A stretch of DNA of 60,438 nt from Thermoanaerobaculia bacterium (GTDB lineage Bacteria; Acidobacteriota; Thermoanaerobaculia; UBA5066; Gp7-AA6), in contig JBHENW010000200.1 of assembly GCA_046261875.1 (NCBI GenBank), positions 1 to 60,438 of the forward strand. Reading direction: 5' to 3'. Below are positions 44,793-54,219 of this stretch, piece after piece. The notes under the pieces were generated by a model. That model was given only the letters and a program-made list of their open reading frames with translations, searched no databases and was not told the origin of the DNA. Numbering within the stretch: the first letter of the stretch is position 1; the number at the start of each line of letters is the position of its first letter. The position numbers and the translations under genes were made by a program.

Positions 44793-45935
44793 TTGGGCAT
44801 CACCGGCAATCTCAAGACCATGCAGCTGTCCGAGCTGCTGCAGTGGCTGTCGCTCGGGCTGAAGACAGGGACGCTCCTGATCGAGGGGCATGGTGTCGAG
44901 AAAAGAATCTATTTCCAGAACGGCCGGATCTACTCCTCCTCTTCGTCGGACCAGCGCGAGTACCTCGGCCACTTCCTCGTGTCCCACGGCTACATCACCG
45001 AGGAGGAGCTGAAGATGGCCATGGAGGTCCAGGAGGAGTCTTCCATCCTCCTCGGGAAGATCCTCGTCATGATCAACGCGATCTCCGAGACCGACCTGCT
45101 GCGCCTGATGCGCAAGAAGGCGGAGGAGTCGATCTACGATGTCTTCCTCTGGGAGGAGGGGGACTTCGAGTTCGTGGACGGAGACCTCCCGGACTTGAAG
45201 ATGGTCCCCCTTTCCCTCGACGTGACCGGCATCATCATGGAAGGACTGCGCCGCTACGACGAATGGCAGCGCATCCGGGTCGCCGTGGCGGACCACTCCG
45301 TCGTCCCCCAGATCGTCAAGCCACTCAACCTCGAGACCCTGACGGAGCAGGAGAAGCTCATCGTCCCGTACATCGATGGGCAGCGGACGATCGAGGAGAT
45401 CGCTCTCCAGACGCACAACGCGGAGTTCAACGTATCGCGCCTCGTGTTCGAAGGATTGCGCAACGAGACGATGGCAATCTCCGAGGGAAAGCTGGACGCC
45501 CGCCGCGTCGTCGCGGTGGGGAGCGGCACCGTCGAGGACGAGGTGGACCATTTCCTCCAGCGCGGGAGGGCACGCCTGAAGGAAGACCCGCAGACGGCTT
45601 ACAGGATGTTCAAGGTCGCCTCGGACCTGGATCCCTCGGACGGCCGCGCCGCCGAGGCGATCCGCGAAGCGGAGCGCGAGATCAAGTCCGCCCTGCAGAA
45701 AGACGGTGTCTCCGGGGAAAAAGTGCCGGAGCTCGCGATCCCGGTCTCCGATTTGACCGAGCGGTCCTTCTCGCCGCACGAAGGATTCGTCCTCTCCCGG
45801 ATCAACGGTCAGTGGGACGTCAAGTCGATCATGAAGATCTCGCCGATCCGGGAGCTCGAGGTGCTGATGATCTTCCAGAAGTTCCTTCGGGATGGGGTCA
45901 TCCGGTGGAAGGGCAGGAAATCCGAGGCGCGATGA
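44793..45935 (+). CDS. DUF4388-domain protein
   Basis: GITGNLKTMQLSELLQWL...KTGTL, LGHFLV, WEEGDFEF, TPR-like helix pair, and C-terminal EGFVLSRING. Confidence 0.8.
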   Translation: MGITGNLKTMQLSELLQWLSLGLKTGTLLIEGHGVEKRIYFQNGRIYSSSSSDQREYLGHFLVSHGYITEEELKMAMEVQEESSILLGKILVMINAISETDLLRLMRKKAEESIYDVFLWEEGDFEFVDGDLPDLKMVPLSLDVTGIIMEGLRRYDEWQRIRVAVADHSVVPQIVKPLNLETLTEQEKLIVPYIDGQRTIEEIALQTHNAEFNVSRLVFEGLRNETMAISEGKLDARRVVAVGSGTVEDEVDHFLQRGRARLKEDPQTAYRMFKVASDLDPSDGRAAEAIREAEREIKSALQKDGVSGEKVPELAIPVSDLTERSFSPHEGFVLSRINGQWDVKSIMKISPIRELEVLMIFQKFLRDGVIRWKGRKSEAR

Positions 45936-45945
45936 GGCTCATCCG

Positions 45946-48258
45946 ATGAGCGGCATCCACGGCGGGGCGGGGATCGCCGTGCGCGAGCGCGGTTTCCGGC
46001 TGCTCCAGTTCGGAACGACGCTCGGGGCGCTGGCCCTCCTCTTCTTCGAGGTGCGGGACATTCCGGCCGAGCGCACGCCGGAGATCCTCTTTTTCATCGC
46101 CCTGACGGCGTTCGCCTTCCGCCTCCGGGTCCGGTACGCCGGAAACTTCCTGGGTCTCGAAGCGGCCACGCTCGTACCGGCGATCCTCATCCTCAACTCG
46201 CCGGGCGCCGCCATGCTGATCTGCATCGCCGCCGACGTCGTCGCCAAGGTCGTCGGACGGATGCGGCGCGTCCTGCTCTCGACGGCGTTCGACCTCTCCC
46301 AGCTGGCCATTTCGTACGGCCTTGCGGCGATATTCTTCCGCGAGCTGCAGGAGGCGGCACAGGGTCCGCTCGCCTTGACGGCGCTGGCGGGCGGCGTGCT
46401 CCTCATCTTCTTCTTCTTCAACATGGCGTTCGTCTTCTCCTACCTGGAGATGGGGCGTCTCGTGCCGCGCCCGCGGCTGCTCGAGATGGGACTCTTCCAG
46501 CTCATCGCGCTCGGCCTGCTGACTCCGATCGTCGCCCTGGAGATCCTCGTCTATCGGAGCTACGGCCCCGTCGGCCTGCTGCTCGCCTTTTTCCCCGTCG
46601 TCCTGGCCGCTTTCGTCGTCCGGGGCCTCTCGACGATGGAGCAGAAATACAGCGAGGTGGCGCGGGAGAACCAGCAGCTCGCCGTCCTGCGGGAGATCTC
46701 GAACATCTTCGCCGTGGGGACGCGGGGCGACCGATACGAAAAGGTCTTCCAGGCGATCCGCAGGCTGCATCCGGTCGAAGCCATGGCCTTCATCGAGTGG
46801 GCGGAGGACGGGGAGGGAGACGTCTCGGTCCACACCGTCGGGGCCGTGGCGGCGACGCGAGCGCAGCTGCTCGGCTGGATCCGGGAGAATCGACTCGAGG
46901 AAGCGGGGGCTGGGGAGGGAGGGGAAGCCGTCGAGCGCAGAACGGGCCAGGCGCGGACCGTCCGGCTGTCGCCGGACCTTTCCTATCAGGTGATCCTGCG
47001 GCTCTCGACCATCGAGCTGAACACGGGCGTCCTCGTCCTGGAGAGCTCTTTTCCCGCGATGCACTCCACCTCGGCGACGACGTCGCTTGCCGCGCTCGCC
47101 GACCAGATTGCGCTCGTCCTCCAGGACCGCGCGATCCGCGCCCAGATCCAGGAGCTTTCCGAACGCAACCGAGAACGCGCCGAGACGTTCAGCCAGATCC
47201 TCGAGGTCTCCAACGAACTGAAGCGCCACTTGAACCCCGACACGCTCTTCCAGTCGATCGTTTCCGCCGTGGCGCGCAGCCTCGGGTTCGATGTCGTTCT
47301 CCTCTCGCTGTACGACGCGGAGCGCGACGTCTTCGTTCGACGGGCGCAGCACGGGCTGGACCGTCGTTGGGAGGAGATCCAGGGCCAGGAGGTGCCCGCG
47401 GAAGAGATCACCCGGTTCTGGACGGACCCCAACCGGATCTCGAAGTCTTACCTCGTGCGCAACCGGACCTCCCGCGACCTCGGTCCGTACGACGTCGTGC
47501 AGTCGCCCGGCTCTCGCCGCCGGGGCGCAAACGGCTGGCGGCCGTACGAGATCCTATGGATCCCGCTCGTGTCGGGCGAGCGCCTCGTCGGGTGCCTGTC
47601 GGTCGATTCCCCGCGCGCCGGCCAGTCGCCGACGATCGAGACCGTCCAGGCGCTCGAGATCTTCGCCAATCAGGCCGTCACGGCGATCGAGAGCGCGCGC
47701 AGCTACACGGACGCCCGCGAGCAGAGCATTCGCGACGGCCTGACCGGCGCGTACAACCACCGTCACTTCCAGGAGTCGCTTCAGAAGGAGCTCGGGCGCG
47801 CGGAGCGCCTCAACCGCCCGCTGACGCTGCTGATGCTCGATATCGACGACTTCAAGTCGGTCAACGACCGATACGGACACCCCGTGGGAGACGCGATCCT
47901 CCAGCGCATCGTGACGGAGATCCGCGGAGAGGTCCGCGGAGACATGGACCTGGTCGCGCGCTACGGAGGGGAAGAGTTCGCCGTGATCCTCCCGGAGACG
48001 TCGATTGCGGAAGGCACGGAGGTGGCCGAGCGCGTGCGGCGCCGTGTGGACGAACGCCTCTTCCGACCCCCCGACAGCAACGACGTGCTGCGCGTGACCG
48101 TCTCCATCGGGTTGGCGACCTACCCGCACGATGCGACCACGAAGAAGGAGCTCATGGACCGGGCCGACGCCGCGCTCTACCGCGCCAAGCGCGGCGGCAA
48201 GAACGCAGTCGCCGTGACTTCGGAGCCCGCGGAGCCCCTACCGCCTCTCCCCCACTGA
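45946..48258 (+). CDS. Membrane-bound diguanylate cyclase (TM sensor, GAF, GGDEF)
   Basis: About 7 TM segments, GAF, RDGLTGAYN, DIDDFKSVNDRYGHPVGD, RYGGEEF. ATG at 45946. Confidence 0.92.
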   Translation: MSGIHGGAGIAVRERGFRLLQFGTTLGALALLFFEVRDIPAERTPEILFFIALTAFAFRLRVRYAGNFLGLEAATLVPAILILNSPGAAMLICIAADVVAKVVGRMRRVLLSTAFDLSQLAISYGLAAIFFRELQEAAQGPLALTALAGGVLLIFFFFNMAFVFSYLEMGRLVPRPRLLEMGLFQLIALGLLTPIVALEILVYRSYGPVGLLLAFFPVVLAAFVVRGLSTMEQKYSEVARENQQLAVLREISNIFAVGTRGDRYEKVFQAIRRLHPVEAMAFIEWAEDGEGDVSVHTVGAVAATRAQLLGWIRENRLEEAGAGEGGEAVERRTGQARTVRLSPDLSYQVILRLSTIELNTGVLVLESSFPAMHSTSATTSLAALADQIALVLQDRAIRAQIQELSERNRERAETFSQILEVSNELKRHLNPDTLFQSIVSAVARSLGFDVVLLSLYDAERDVFVRRAQHGLDRRWEEIQGQEVPAEEITRFWTDPNRISKSYLVRNRTSRDLGPYDVVQSPGSRRRGANGWRPYEILWIPLVSGERLVGCLSVDSPRAGQSPTIETVQALEIFANQAVTAIESARSYTDAREQSIRDGLTGAYNHRHFQESLQKELGRAERLNRPLTLLMLDIDDFKSVNDRYGHPVGDAILQRIVTEIRGEVRGDMDLVARYGGEEFAVILPETSIAEGTEVAERVRRRVDERLFRPPDSNDVLRVTVSIGLATYPHDATTKKELMDRADAALYRAKRGGKNAVAVTSEPAEPLPPLPH

Positions 48259-48265
48259 GAGCGGC

Positions 48266-48886
48266 TCAGCCTCCCCCGTTCTTTTTCCTCCGCGGGCCCG
48301 AGACGGCGGGCGAGTCCCGGTCGAAGAAACGCAGCGGCCAGTCTTTCGCGTCTCCGGCGTAGTCCACGCCGATCCTCGGAGAGACCCCGATCCGAGGACG
48401 TCGCTCGCGCCGGAAGATCCGGAACTCCCTCCCCGCGACGATGTCGCTCCCGCTCGCCTCCGTGGTGATCGCGAGCGCGGCGCAGAACCGTCCCGGTCCG
48501 GAGAGGAGCCGCGCGGGCGCTTCCGGCGGACCGGCCGCGGCCCGTATCAGGACCGCCTCGGGAACCCCCGGTCCGCGCGTCACGACGTTGGCGCAGGAGT
48601 GCATGCCGTAGACGAAGAAGACGTAGAGGTGGCCGCCGTCCGCGTACATCGGCTCGACGCGCGGCGTGCGGCGGCCTCCGCGGGAGTGGGCGGCGGCGTC
48701 CGGAACCCCGAGATAGGCCTCCGTTTCCACGATGCGGGCGGCATACCACGCCCCGCGAAAGCGCCGCGCGAACGTCGCGCCGATGAGGGCCCTCGCCACG
48801 CCAACACAGTCGCCGCGGTAGAACTCGCGCGGCAGGAGCTCCAGACCTTCCGCCGCCGGGTCCCGGCGGAGAAAAGGATCGGGCAC
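48266..48886 (-). CDS. mpg: 3-methyladenine DNA glycosylase (AAG/MPG family)
   Basis: RIVETEAYLG, YVFFVYGMH, AVLIRA, GPGRFC, RIGV. GTG start at 48886 is approximate. Confidence 0.9.
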   Translation of the reverse strand: MPDPFLRRDPAAEGLELLPREFYRGDCVGVARALIGATFARRFRGAWYAARIVETEAYLGVPDAAAHSRGGRRTPRVEPMYADGGHLYVFFVYGMHSCANVVTRGPGVPEAVLIRAAAGPPEAPARLLSGPGRFCAALAITTEASGSDIVAGREFRIFRRERRPRIGVSPRIGVDYAGDAKDWPLRFFDRDSPAVSGPRRKKNGGG

Positions 48887-48953
48887 GCCCTTCGCAGTAT
48901 CGCGCCCCCGGGCGGCCACCGCCCTCACCTTAAACTGCAAACGGAAGGATTGT

Positions 48954-49880
48954 ATGAATATCCTCGTGACCGGCGGGGCCGGATTCATCGGCGCGCACAT
49001 GGCACACCGGCACGCCTCCGACGGGCACCGTGTCGTCGTCGTGGACGATCTTTCGGCGGGACGCCGGGAGAAGGTCCCGCGTGAAGCGCGCTTCGTCCAG
49101 GCGGACCTCGCCGAAACGGACCTGGAGCCTCTGCTGCGCGACGAGCGGATCGAGTTAGTTTCGCACCACGCGGCGCAGATCGACCTCCGCCACAGCGTCG
49201 CAGACCCGATTCACGACGCGCGCGCGAACATCCTCGGCTCTCTGAGGCTCTTCGAGGCCTGCCGTCGCGCCGGAACGCGCCGCATCCTTTTCGCTTCTAC
49301 CGGGGGCGCCCTCTACGGCGAGCCCGAAGGGGGCCGCCCCGCGCCGGAGACCCATCCGACCAACCCGGTTTCCCCCTACGGGTGCGCGAAGCTCTCGATC
49401 GAGAAGTACCTCTACTACTACCAGGTCATCCACGGCCTCGAAACGCAGGTGTTTCGGTACGCCAACGTCTATGGTCCCGGACAGAGCGGCAGCGGCGAAG
49501 CCGGCGTCGTCGCGATCTTCGCGGAGGCGATCCTCCGCGGCCGGCGCCCCAAGATTCGCGGGGATGGGGAGCAGACGCGGGACTACGTCTTCGTCGGCGA
49601 CCTCGTCGAGGCCGCGGCCCGTGCGGTCGACCGCCCCGGAAGCGGCACCTGGAACGTCGGAACGGGCGTGGAGACCTCGGTCAACGACCTCTACCGGCTG
49701 ATCGCCGGCGCCCTGAGCTACCCCGAGGAGGCCGAGCACGTGCCGCTGCCTCCCGGGGAGCAGCGCCGCAGCGTCCTGGACGGCACGCGTCTCCTCTCCG
49801 ATTTCGGGCTGGTGCCCTACACGCCGCTCGAACGGGGGATCCCCGCGACTGCCGAGTACTTCCGGCAGACGATCCGATAG
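48954..49880 (+). CDS. NAD-dependent epimerase/dehydratase (UDP-glucose 4-epimerase-like)
   Basis: TGGAGFIG, HHAAQID, STGGALYG, YGCAK, RYANVYGP, QTRDYVFV. Confidence 0.92.
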   Translation: MNILVTGGAGFIGAHMAHRHASDGHRVVVVDDLSAGRREKVPREARFVQADLAETDLEPLLRDERIELVSHHAAQIDLRHSVADPIHDARANILGSLRLFEACRRAGTRRILFASTGGALYGEPEGGRPAPETHPTNPVSPYGCAKLSIEKYLYYYQVIHGLETQVFRYANVYGPGQSGSGEAGVVAIFAEAILRGRRPKIRGDGEQTRDYVFVGDLVEAAARAVDRPGSGTWNVGTGVETSVNDLYRLIAGALSYPEEAEHVPLPPGEQRRSVLDGTRLLSDFGLVPYTPLERGIPATAEYFRQTIR

Positions 49881-49890
49881 CCCGTCCCCC

Positions 49891-51063
49891 TCAGATCATC
49901 GCGTCGTCGAGGAGCGGTCTCCCCTGCGCGAACCTCGCGATGGAGAGCGGGCCGATGTCCAGGGAGAGCGGGAGGCCCAGAAGGGATTGCGCGACGAGCT
50001 GCCCGGTCGCCGGGGCCATCATCAGGCCATGACCGGAGAAGCCGCATGCGAGATGGAGGCCGGGCAGGTCCGGGTGCTCTCCGAGCAAGCCATTCTGGTC
50101 GGGTGTCATCTCGTAGAGCCCGGCCCAGGCAGCGGCCTGCTCGAGGCCGGCGAACTCGGGGACCCGGCGGGCGAGCAGCGGCTTCCACTCGCGCGCGAAG
50201 AGGTCCTCATCCGCCTCGAAGCGCTCCCCCGGCGGCTCGGCGGCCTCGGTCTTTGCGATCACGATCGTATTGGCTTCGGCGCTTCGCCAGTGGATCCCGC
50301 TCGGGTCGATGACGACCGGAAACTCGTAGCTCCAGGGGCGCGGGAGGACCGCGCGAACGAGCTGCTGCCGGACCGGGGTCACGGGAATCGAAACACCGGC
50401 CATCCCTCCGACCCGTGCCGAGAAAGCCCCGGCCGCGCAGACGAGCCGTGAGGTCTCGATGCGGCCGGCCCCGCGCGTGGCGATTGCCCGCACGCGGCCG
50501 TCTCGCTCCACCCCGGTCAGCTCGTCGGCCAGGAATTTCGCGCCGAGGGACTCGGCCTTCGCACGGAAGCCGCCGAGGATCGCGGAAGGGTCCCCGTAGC
50601 CGTCCTTCCGGCCGAATATTCCGAGCTCCACGTCCGAGACGTCGAGCTCGGGGACTCGCTCGCGAATCTCCTCCACCGTGAGCGGCTCGACGATCGCGCC
50701 GGCCGCGCGCATCCGCGCAAGCCGTTCGAGAAGACGCGCGGTCGAGTCTCTGTCCCCGAGGAAGAGATAGCCGCGCTGTCGGAACTTCCCCGCCGCGGCC
50801 CTTGCCCCCACTCCCATCGTCTCGTCGAAGCGCTCGTAGAATGCGACGCTCATCTGCGCCATGCGCACGTTGATCTCGCAGCAGTACTGCTGTCGCACGC
50901 CGCCGAACGCGAGCCGGCTCGACGCCCGCCGGTAAGCGGGATCGCGCTCCAGAACGAGGACCTTCCCGCCGAAGCCCATCGAAAGGAGGTTGTAGGCGAC
51001 AGAGGACCCGATGACCCCTCCGCCGATGATCGCGATGTCAGCGCCCGCGGTTTTCCCGGTCAT
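49891..51063 (-). CDS. FAD-dependent oxidoreductase (DAO/sarcosine oxidase beta-like)
   Basis: IIGGGVIG, AFGGVRQQ, GLYEMTPD, GFSGHGLMMAPATG. Confidence 0.88.
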   Translation of the reverse strand: MTGKTAGADIAIIGGGVIGSSVAYNLLSMGFGGKVLVLERDPAYRRASSRLAFGGVRQQYCCEINVRMAQMSVAFYERFDETMGVGARAAAGKFRQRGYLFLGDRDSTARLLERLARMRAAGAIVEPLTVEEIRERVPELDVSDVELGIFGRKDGYGDPSAILGGFRAKAESLGAKFLADELTGVERDGRVRAIATRGAGRIETSRLVCAAGAFSARVGGMAGVSIPVTPVRQQLVRAVLPRPWSYEFPVVIDPSGIHWRSAEANTIVIAKTEAAEPPGERFEADEDLFAREWKPLLARRVPEFAGLEQAAAWAGLYEMTPDQNGLLGEHPDLPGLHLACGFSGHGLMMAPATGQLVAQSLLGLPLSLDIGPLSIARFAQGRPLLDDAMI

Positions 51064-51085
51064 GGACGGTGACGCCGGCTCCCGT

Positions 51086-52315
51086 TCAGGAGGGAGGAGG
51101 CGTGGAGCGTTCGGCCGTCGGCTTCGATACCCTTTTGACGACGACGACCGTGCGGTCGTCTTCCGGGTCGGCGGACTTCGTGAACTCCTTGACCCTCTCG
51201 ATGATCTGACGCGGGATCTCGTCGGCCGGTCGGTCGCGCAGCGCGGTGAACGCGTTCTTCAGACGCTCGATCCCGAACTCGCGGCCCCTCGGGTCCGTCG
51301 CCTCGACGATCCCGTCGGTGAACAGGAGCAACGCGTCCCCCGGCTCGAGCGAGAGAAACCCGCGGCTGTAGGTCGAAGTCGCCGAAGGCCCCAGCACCAT
51401 GCCCGTCTGCTTGAGTGTCGTGACGCCGCCGCCGTGGAAATGCAGCGGCGGCGGATGGCCCGCGTTGACGTAGATGAAGTTGCCTTCCTCCTCGATCTCG
51501 CCGTAGAAGAGGGACACGAACTTCGTCGTCATCCGCGACTGGTGGATGATCCGGTTCAGCCGCTCGACGGTCCGCACGATCTTGAAGTCGCGGGCGACCC
51601 CCATCCGGAGTCCGGTGTAGACGTCCCGCACCTGGAGCGCCGCCGGGAGGCCGTGCCCCGAGGCGTCCGCGATGGCGATTCCGTAAATGCGGTCCGTGAC
51701 CCGTATGAAGTCGAAGAAGTCACCGCCCACGATCTCGGCGGGCGTACTGAATCCGGCGATGTCGAATTCTCCCCGCCGGGGCGGGCGCTTGGGCAGGATC
51801 GACATCTGGATCTGGCGCGCCTCGTTGAGCGCCGAGACGAGCTTCCCTTCGCGCAGCTTCTGGTCCACGGCGTGCCGGAGGATGCTCAGCGATGCGACGA
51901 GGTCGTCGGCGGGAGCCTGCGGATCCACGGTGAAGGAAAGGATGTACTGGTCGTTGCCCACGGCGATGGCGGCGAACCGGTCCGCGCCGACCTGCTTCTC
52001 GAACTCGGGATCCACGCCCGGGGCGTTGCGATCCATGACCGCGACCCCCTCGTCGATCACACTCTGGACCGGCGGATACTCGCTCGAAACGAAGATCCCG
52101 GGTGGCACCGCCGCGGCGTCTCCGAAGGTGCGCGTCAGCTCGTAGCCCCCGTCGCGGCACTCCCATACGCGCCCGCCCCGCACGCCGAGCTCGTCCTGGA
52201 AGTTCTCGATTACGGCGGTGGCCGCCTCCGCGATGGTGGAGGACACGTCGGAGGAGCGCTCGATCGCCTCGATCGCCTTTTCGACCTTACGGAAGACGGA
52301 CTTACGGTTGTCCAC
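51086..52315 (-). CDS. PP2C/SpoIIE-family phosphatase with N-terminal GAF-like domain
   Basis: VGGDFFD, IADASGHG, VNAGHPP, LLFTDGIVE, DDRTVVVV. GTG start at 52315. Confidence 0.9.
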   Translation of the reverse strand: MDNRKSVFRKVEKAIEAIERSSDVSSTIAEAATAVIENFQDELGVRGGRVWECRDGGYELTRTFGDAAAVPPGIFVSSEYPPVQSVIDEGVAVMDRNAPGVDPEFEKQVGADRFAAIAVGNDQYILSFTVDPQAPADDLVASLSILRHAVDQKLREGKLVSALNEARQIQMSILPKRPPRRGEFDIAGFSTPAEIVGGDFFDFIRVTDRIYGIAIADASGHGLPAALQVRDVYTGLRMGVARDFKIVRTVERLNRIIHQSRMTTKFVSLFYGEIEEEGNFIYVNAGHPPPLHFHGGGVTTLKQTGMVLGPSATSTYSRGFLSLEPGDALLLFTDGIVEATDPRGREFGIERLKNAFTALRDRPADEIPRQIIERVKEFTKSADPEDDRTVVVVKRVSKPTAERSTPPPS

Positions 52316-52385
52316 GGGAGCGGGCGATTCTATCGTGTCGCCCGCGGCAGTCGCTCGTCGTTCCCGCCGGGGATGGCGAGCGACT

Positions 52386-52973
52386 TCAGGCGGGCAACAG
52401 AATGGCGCGCACGGGTGAGGCGTCGAGCTCCTCGAGACGGAGCGGGAGCGCCACGAGCCTGTAGTCTCCCGGCTCGACCTCCGCAAGATCCAGATTCTCG
52501 AGCAGCGCGACGCGCCGCGACAGGAGCGCGCGATGGGCCGGGAGATCCTCGGCGTCGTGCGGATCGATCGATGCCGCGTCCGTGCCGACCAGAAGGGCGC
52601 CCTTCTCCGCCAGCCGGACCGCTGCCAGGGGTGAGAGGAACGCCCTTCCCCGAGACCGGAAGAGCACGCGGGGCCGCCCGAGGCATTCGCGAGGCAACGC
52701 GTCCGGACCGACTTCGCCGCGCCCGGTGAGAGCGACCACGCGGGCTGGCCCCATGAACGGCGCGAGGTCGAGGGCTCCGACGAAAGCGCCTTCGGCGAAG
52801 ACGTGCGCGGGTGCGTCCACGTGAGTTCCCAGATGGGAGCTCATCGTGAAAGCCATGGATTCATATGGCGAGCCATCTCCCAGGCTGGCCGTCGAACGGG
52901 TAGTCAGGGGGACGTCGCCGGGCCAGCTCTTGGTGCCGGGACCCAGGGGGCGCGAGATGTCCCAGATCCTCAG
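52386..52973 (-). CDS. Cyclase-family metal hydrolase (KynB-like)
   Basis: WDISRPL, WPGD, HLGTHVDAPAH, GTDAASID, LLENLDL, DASPVRAIL. Probable CTG start at 52973. Confidence 0.85.
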   Translation of the reverse strand: MRIWDISRPLGPGTKSWPGDVPLTTRSTASLGDGSPYESMAFTMSSHLGTHVDAPAHVFAEGAFVGALDLAPFMGPARVVALTGRGEVGPDALPRECLGRPRVLFRSRGRAFLSPLAAVRLAEKGALLVGTDAASIDPHDAEDLPAHRALLSRRVALLENLDLAEVEPGDYRLVALPLRLEELDASPVRAILLPA

Positions 52974-53431
52974 CGCATCCGGCGCACGGTCCTTTTTTTG
53001 GCGTACCGTTCCGCGATGTGAGGATCGTGAGCGCGATGCCGGGAATTCAGCGGGACGTCGCGGTACTCGGCGTCGCATCGGTAGCAGATCGTAACCGCAC
53101 CGATGCGCGTCGCGACGATCCAGTCCACGACCACGCTCGCGAGGAGAGCCGGCGTGAACCAGATCCACCCGAACCTCCATCCGATGAAGACCGCCAGGCC
53201 GAGCGAGAGCGCCATCAGGAGACAGCCGATCCGCTGATCGAAATCTTTCTGTACGAAGAAGGCCCGGTTCCCGCAGAAGACGCAACGCTCGACGCCGGCG
53301 CCGCCGAGGGCGCCGTCCGGTCGGACCGGATAGGCGCGGCCGCAGCGCGCGCACCCTGGATCGGCGGCCGTCAGCGGCTCCGTGAACTCGCGCGCCGCGA
53401 GGCAATCAGGGCAGTAATAGCGGGCACGCAA
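52970..53431 (-). CDS. Small membrane protein with multiple CxxC zinc-ribbon motifs
   Basis: CPDC, CARC, CVFC, two TM helices, ICYRC. TTG start at 53431. Confidence 0.72.
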   Translation of the reverse strand: MRARYYCPDCLAAREFTEPLTAADPGCARCGRAYPVRPDGALGGAGVERCVFCGNRAFFVQKDFDQRIGCLLMALSLGLAVFIGWRFGWIWFTPALLASVVVDWIVATRIGAVTICYRCDAEYRDVPLNSRHRAHDPHIAERYAKKRTVRRMR

Positions 53432-53433
53432 GG

Positions 53434-54192
53434 CTACGCAGGGAATCCGGTGGCGACGGTGAGGTACGAGGAGAGCATCTCGCCGATCAGGACGAAGACG
53501 AGGGCGACGTAGAGCAGGCCCGTCGCCGCTTGATTCGACTTCATCTCGGCGCTCCGCCAGATGAAGTACGAGAGCGCGAGGGGGCCGGCGATGCCCCAGA
53601 GCACCCGGAAAAGAAAGAAGAGAGCGTCCCGCTCGGGGGAGAGGAGAACCGCCAGACCCTCGGGCCGCGGGTTCACGGCGAACGCCAACCCCAGAAGCAG
53701 CGCGCGCAGGAGCGCCAGAGCGCCGAAGAGGGCCGCGCCGCGGATCAGGAGCCTGAACGGAAGGGAACGTGAAACGAGATACCAATGCCCGAGGTTCATC
53801 GTGAGAAGGACTGCTCCGAAGAAAAGAGCGCCGGCGATGGAGTTCACGATGGTCCAGGAGCTCCCCGAAGGCCGTGGGGCGGAAGCGGCCACGCCGACCA
53901 TCGCAGCGGCCGCGCAGAGGCCGCCCAGGCCGAGGAGGGGCCGCGCCGTGCGCGCTCGGTTTGCGTGGGCGGCAACCGTGAAGGCTCCGACCAAGCCGAC
54001 CGCCGCCCATCCCAGGTTCTGCGGGAGACCCAAGGGATGCAGCAGAACGGCAAACAACATGAAGAGGAACGCGAGAGCGCCGTGCAAGCTGAAGAATCCC
54101 TTTCCGAGCGTCTTGACGGGGAAAAAGAGGAGCAGCAGAGCAGTTCCGGCCCCGGCTTCCAGAAGAAAGAGACCCAGGCCGCCCCGCGCCAT
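53434..54192 (-). CDS. Polytopic membrane protein with GHWYL motif (DmsC/NrfD-like resemblance)
   Basis: About 8 TM segments, TMNLGHWYL, SNQAATGLLY, GEM. Confidence 0.7.
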   Translation of the reverse strand: MARGGLGLFLLEAGAGTALLLLFFPVKTLGKGFFSLHGALAFLFMLFAVLLHPLGLPQNLGWAAVGLVGAFTVAAHANRARTARPLLGLGGLCAAAAMVGVAASAPRPSGSSWTIVNSIAGALFFGAVLLTMNLGHWYLVSRSLPFRLLIRGAALFGALALLRALLLGLAFAVNPRPEGLAVLLSPERDALFFLFRVLWGIAGPLALSYFIWRSAEMKSNQAATGLLYVALVFVLIGEMLSSYLTVATGFPA

Positions 54193-54219
54193 GAGGGGGC
54201 GGAATATAACCGACGCCTC

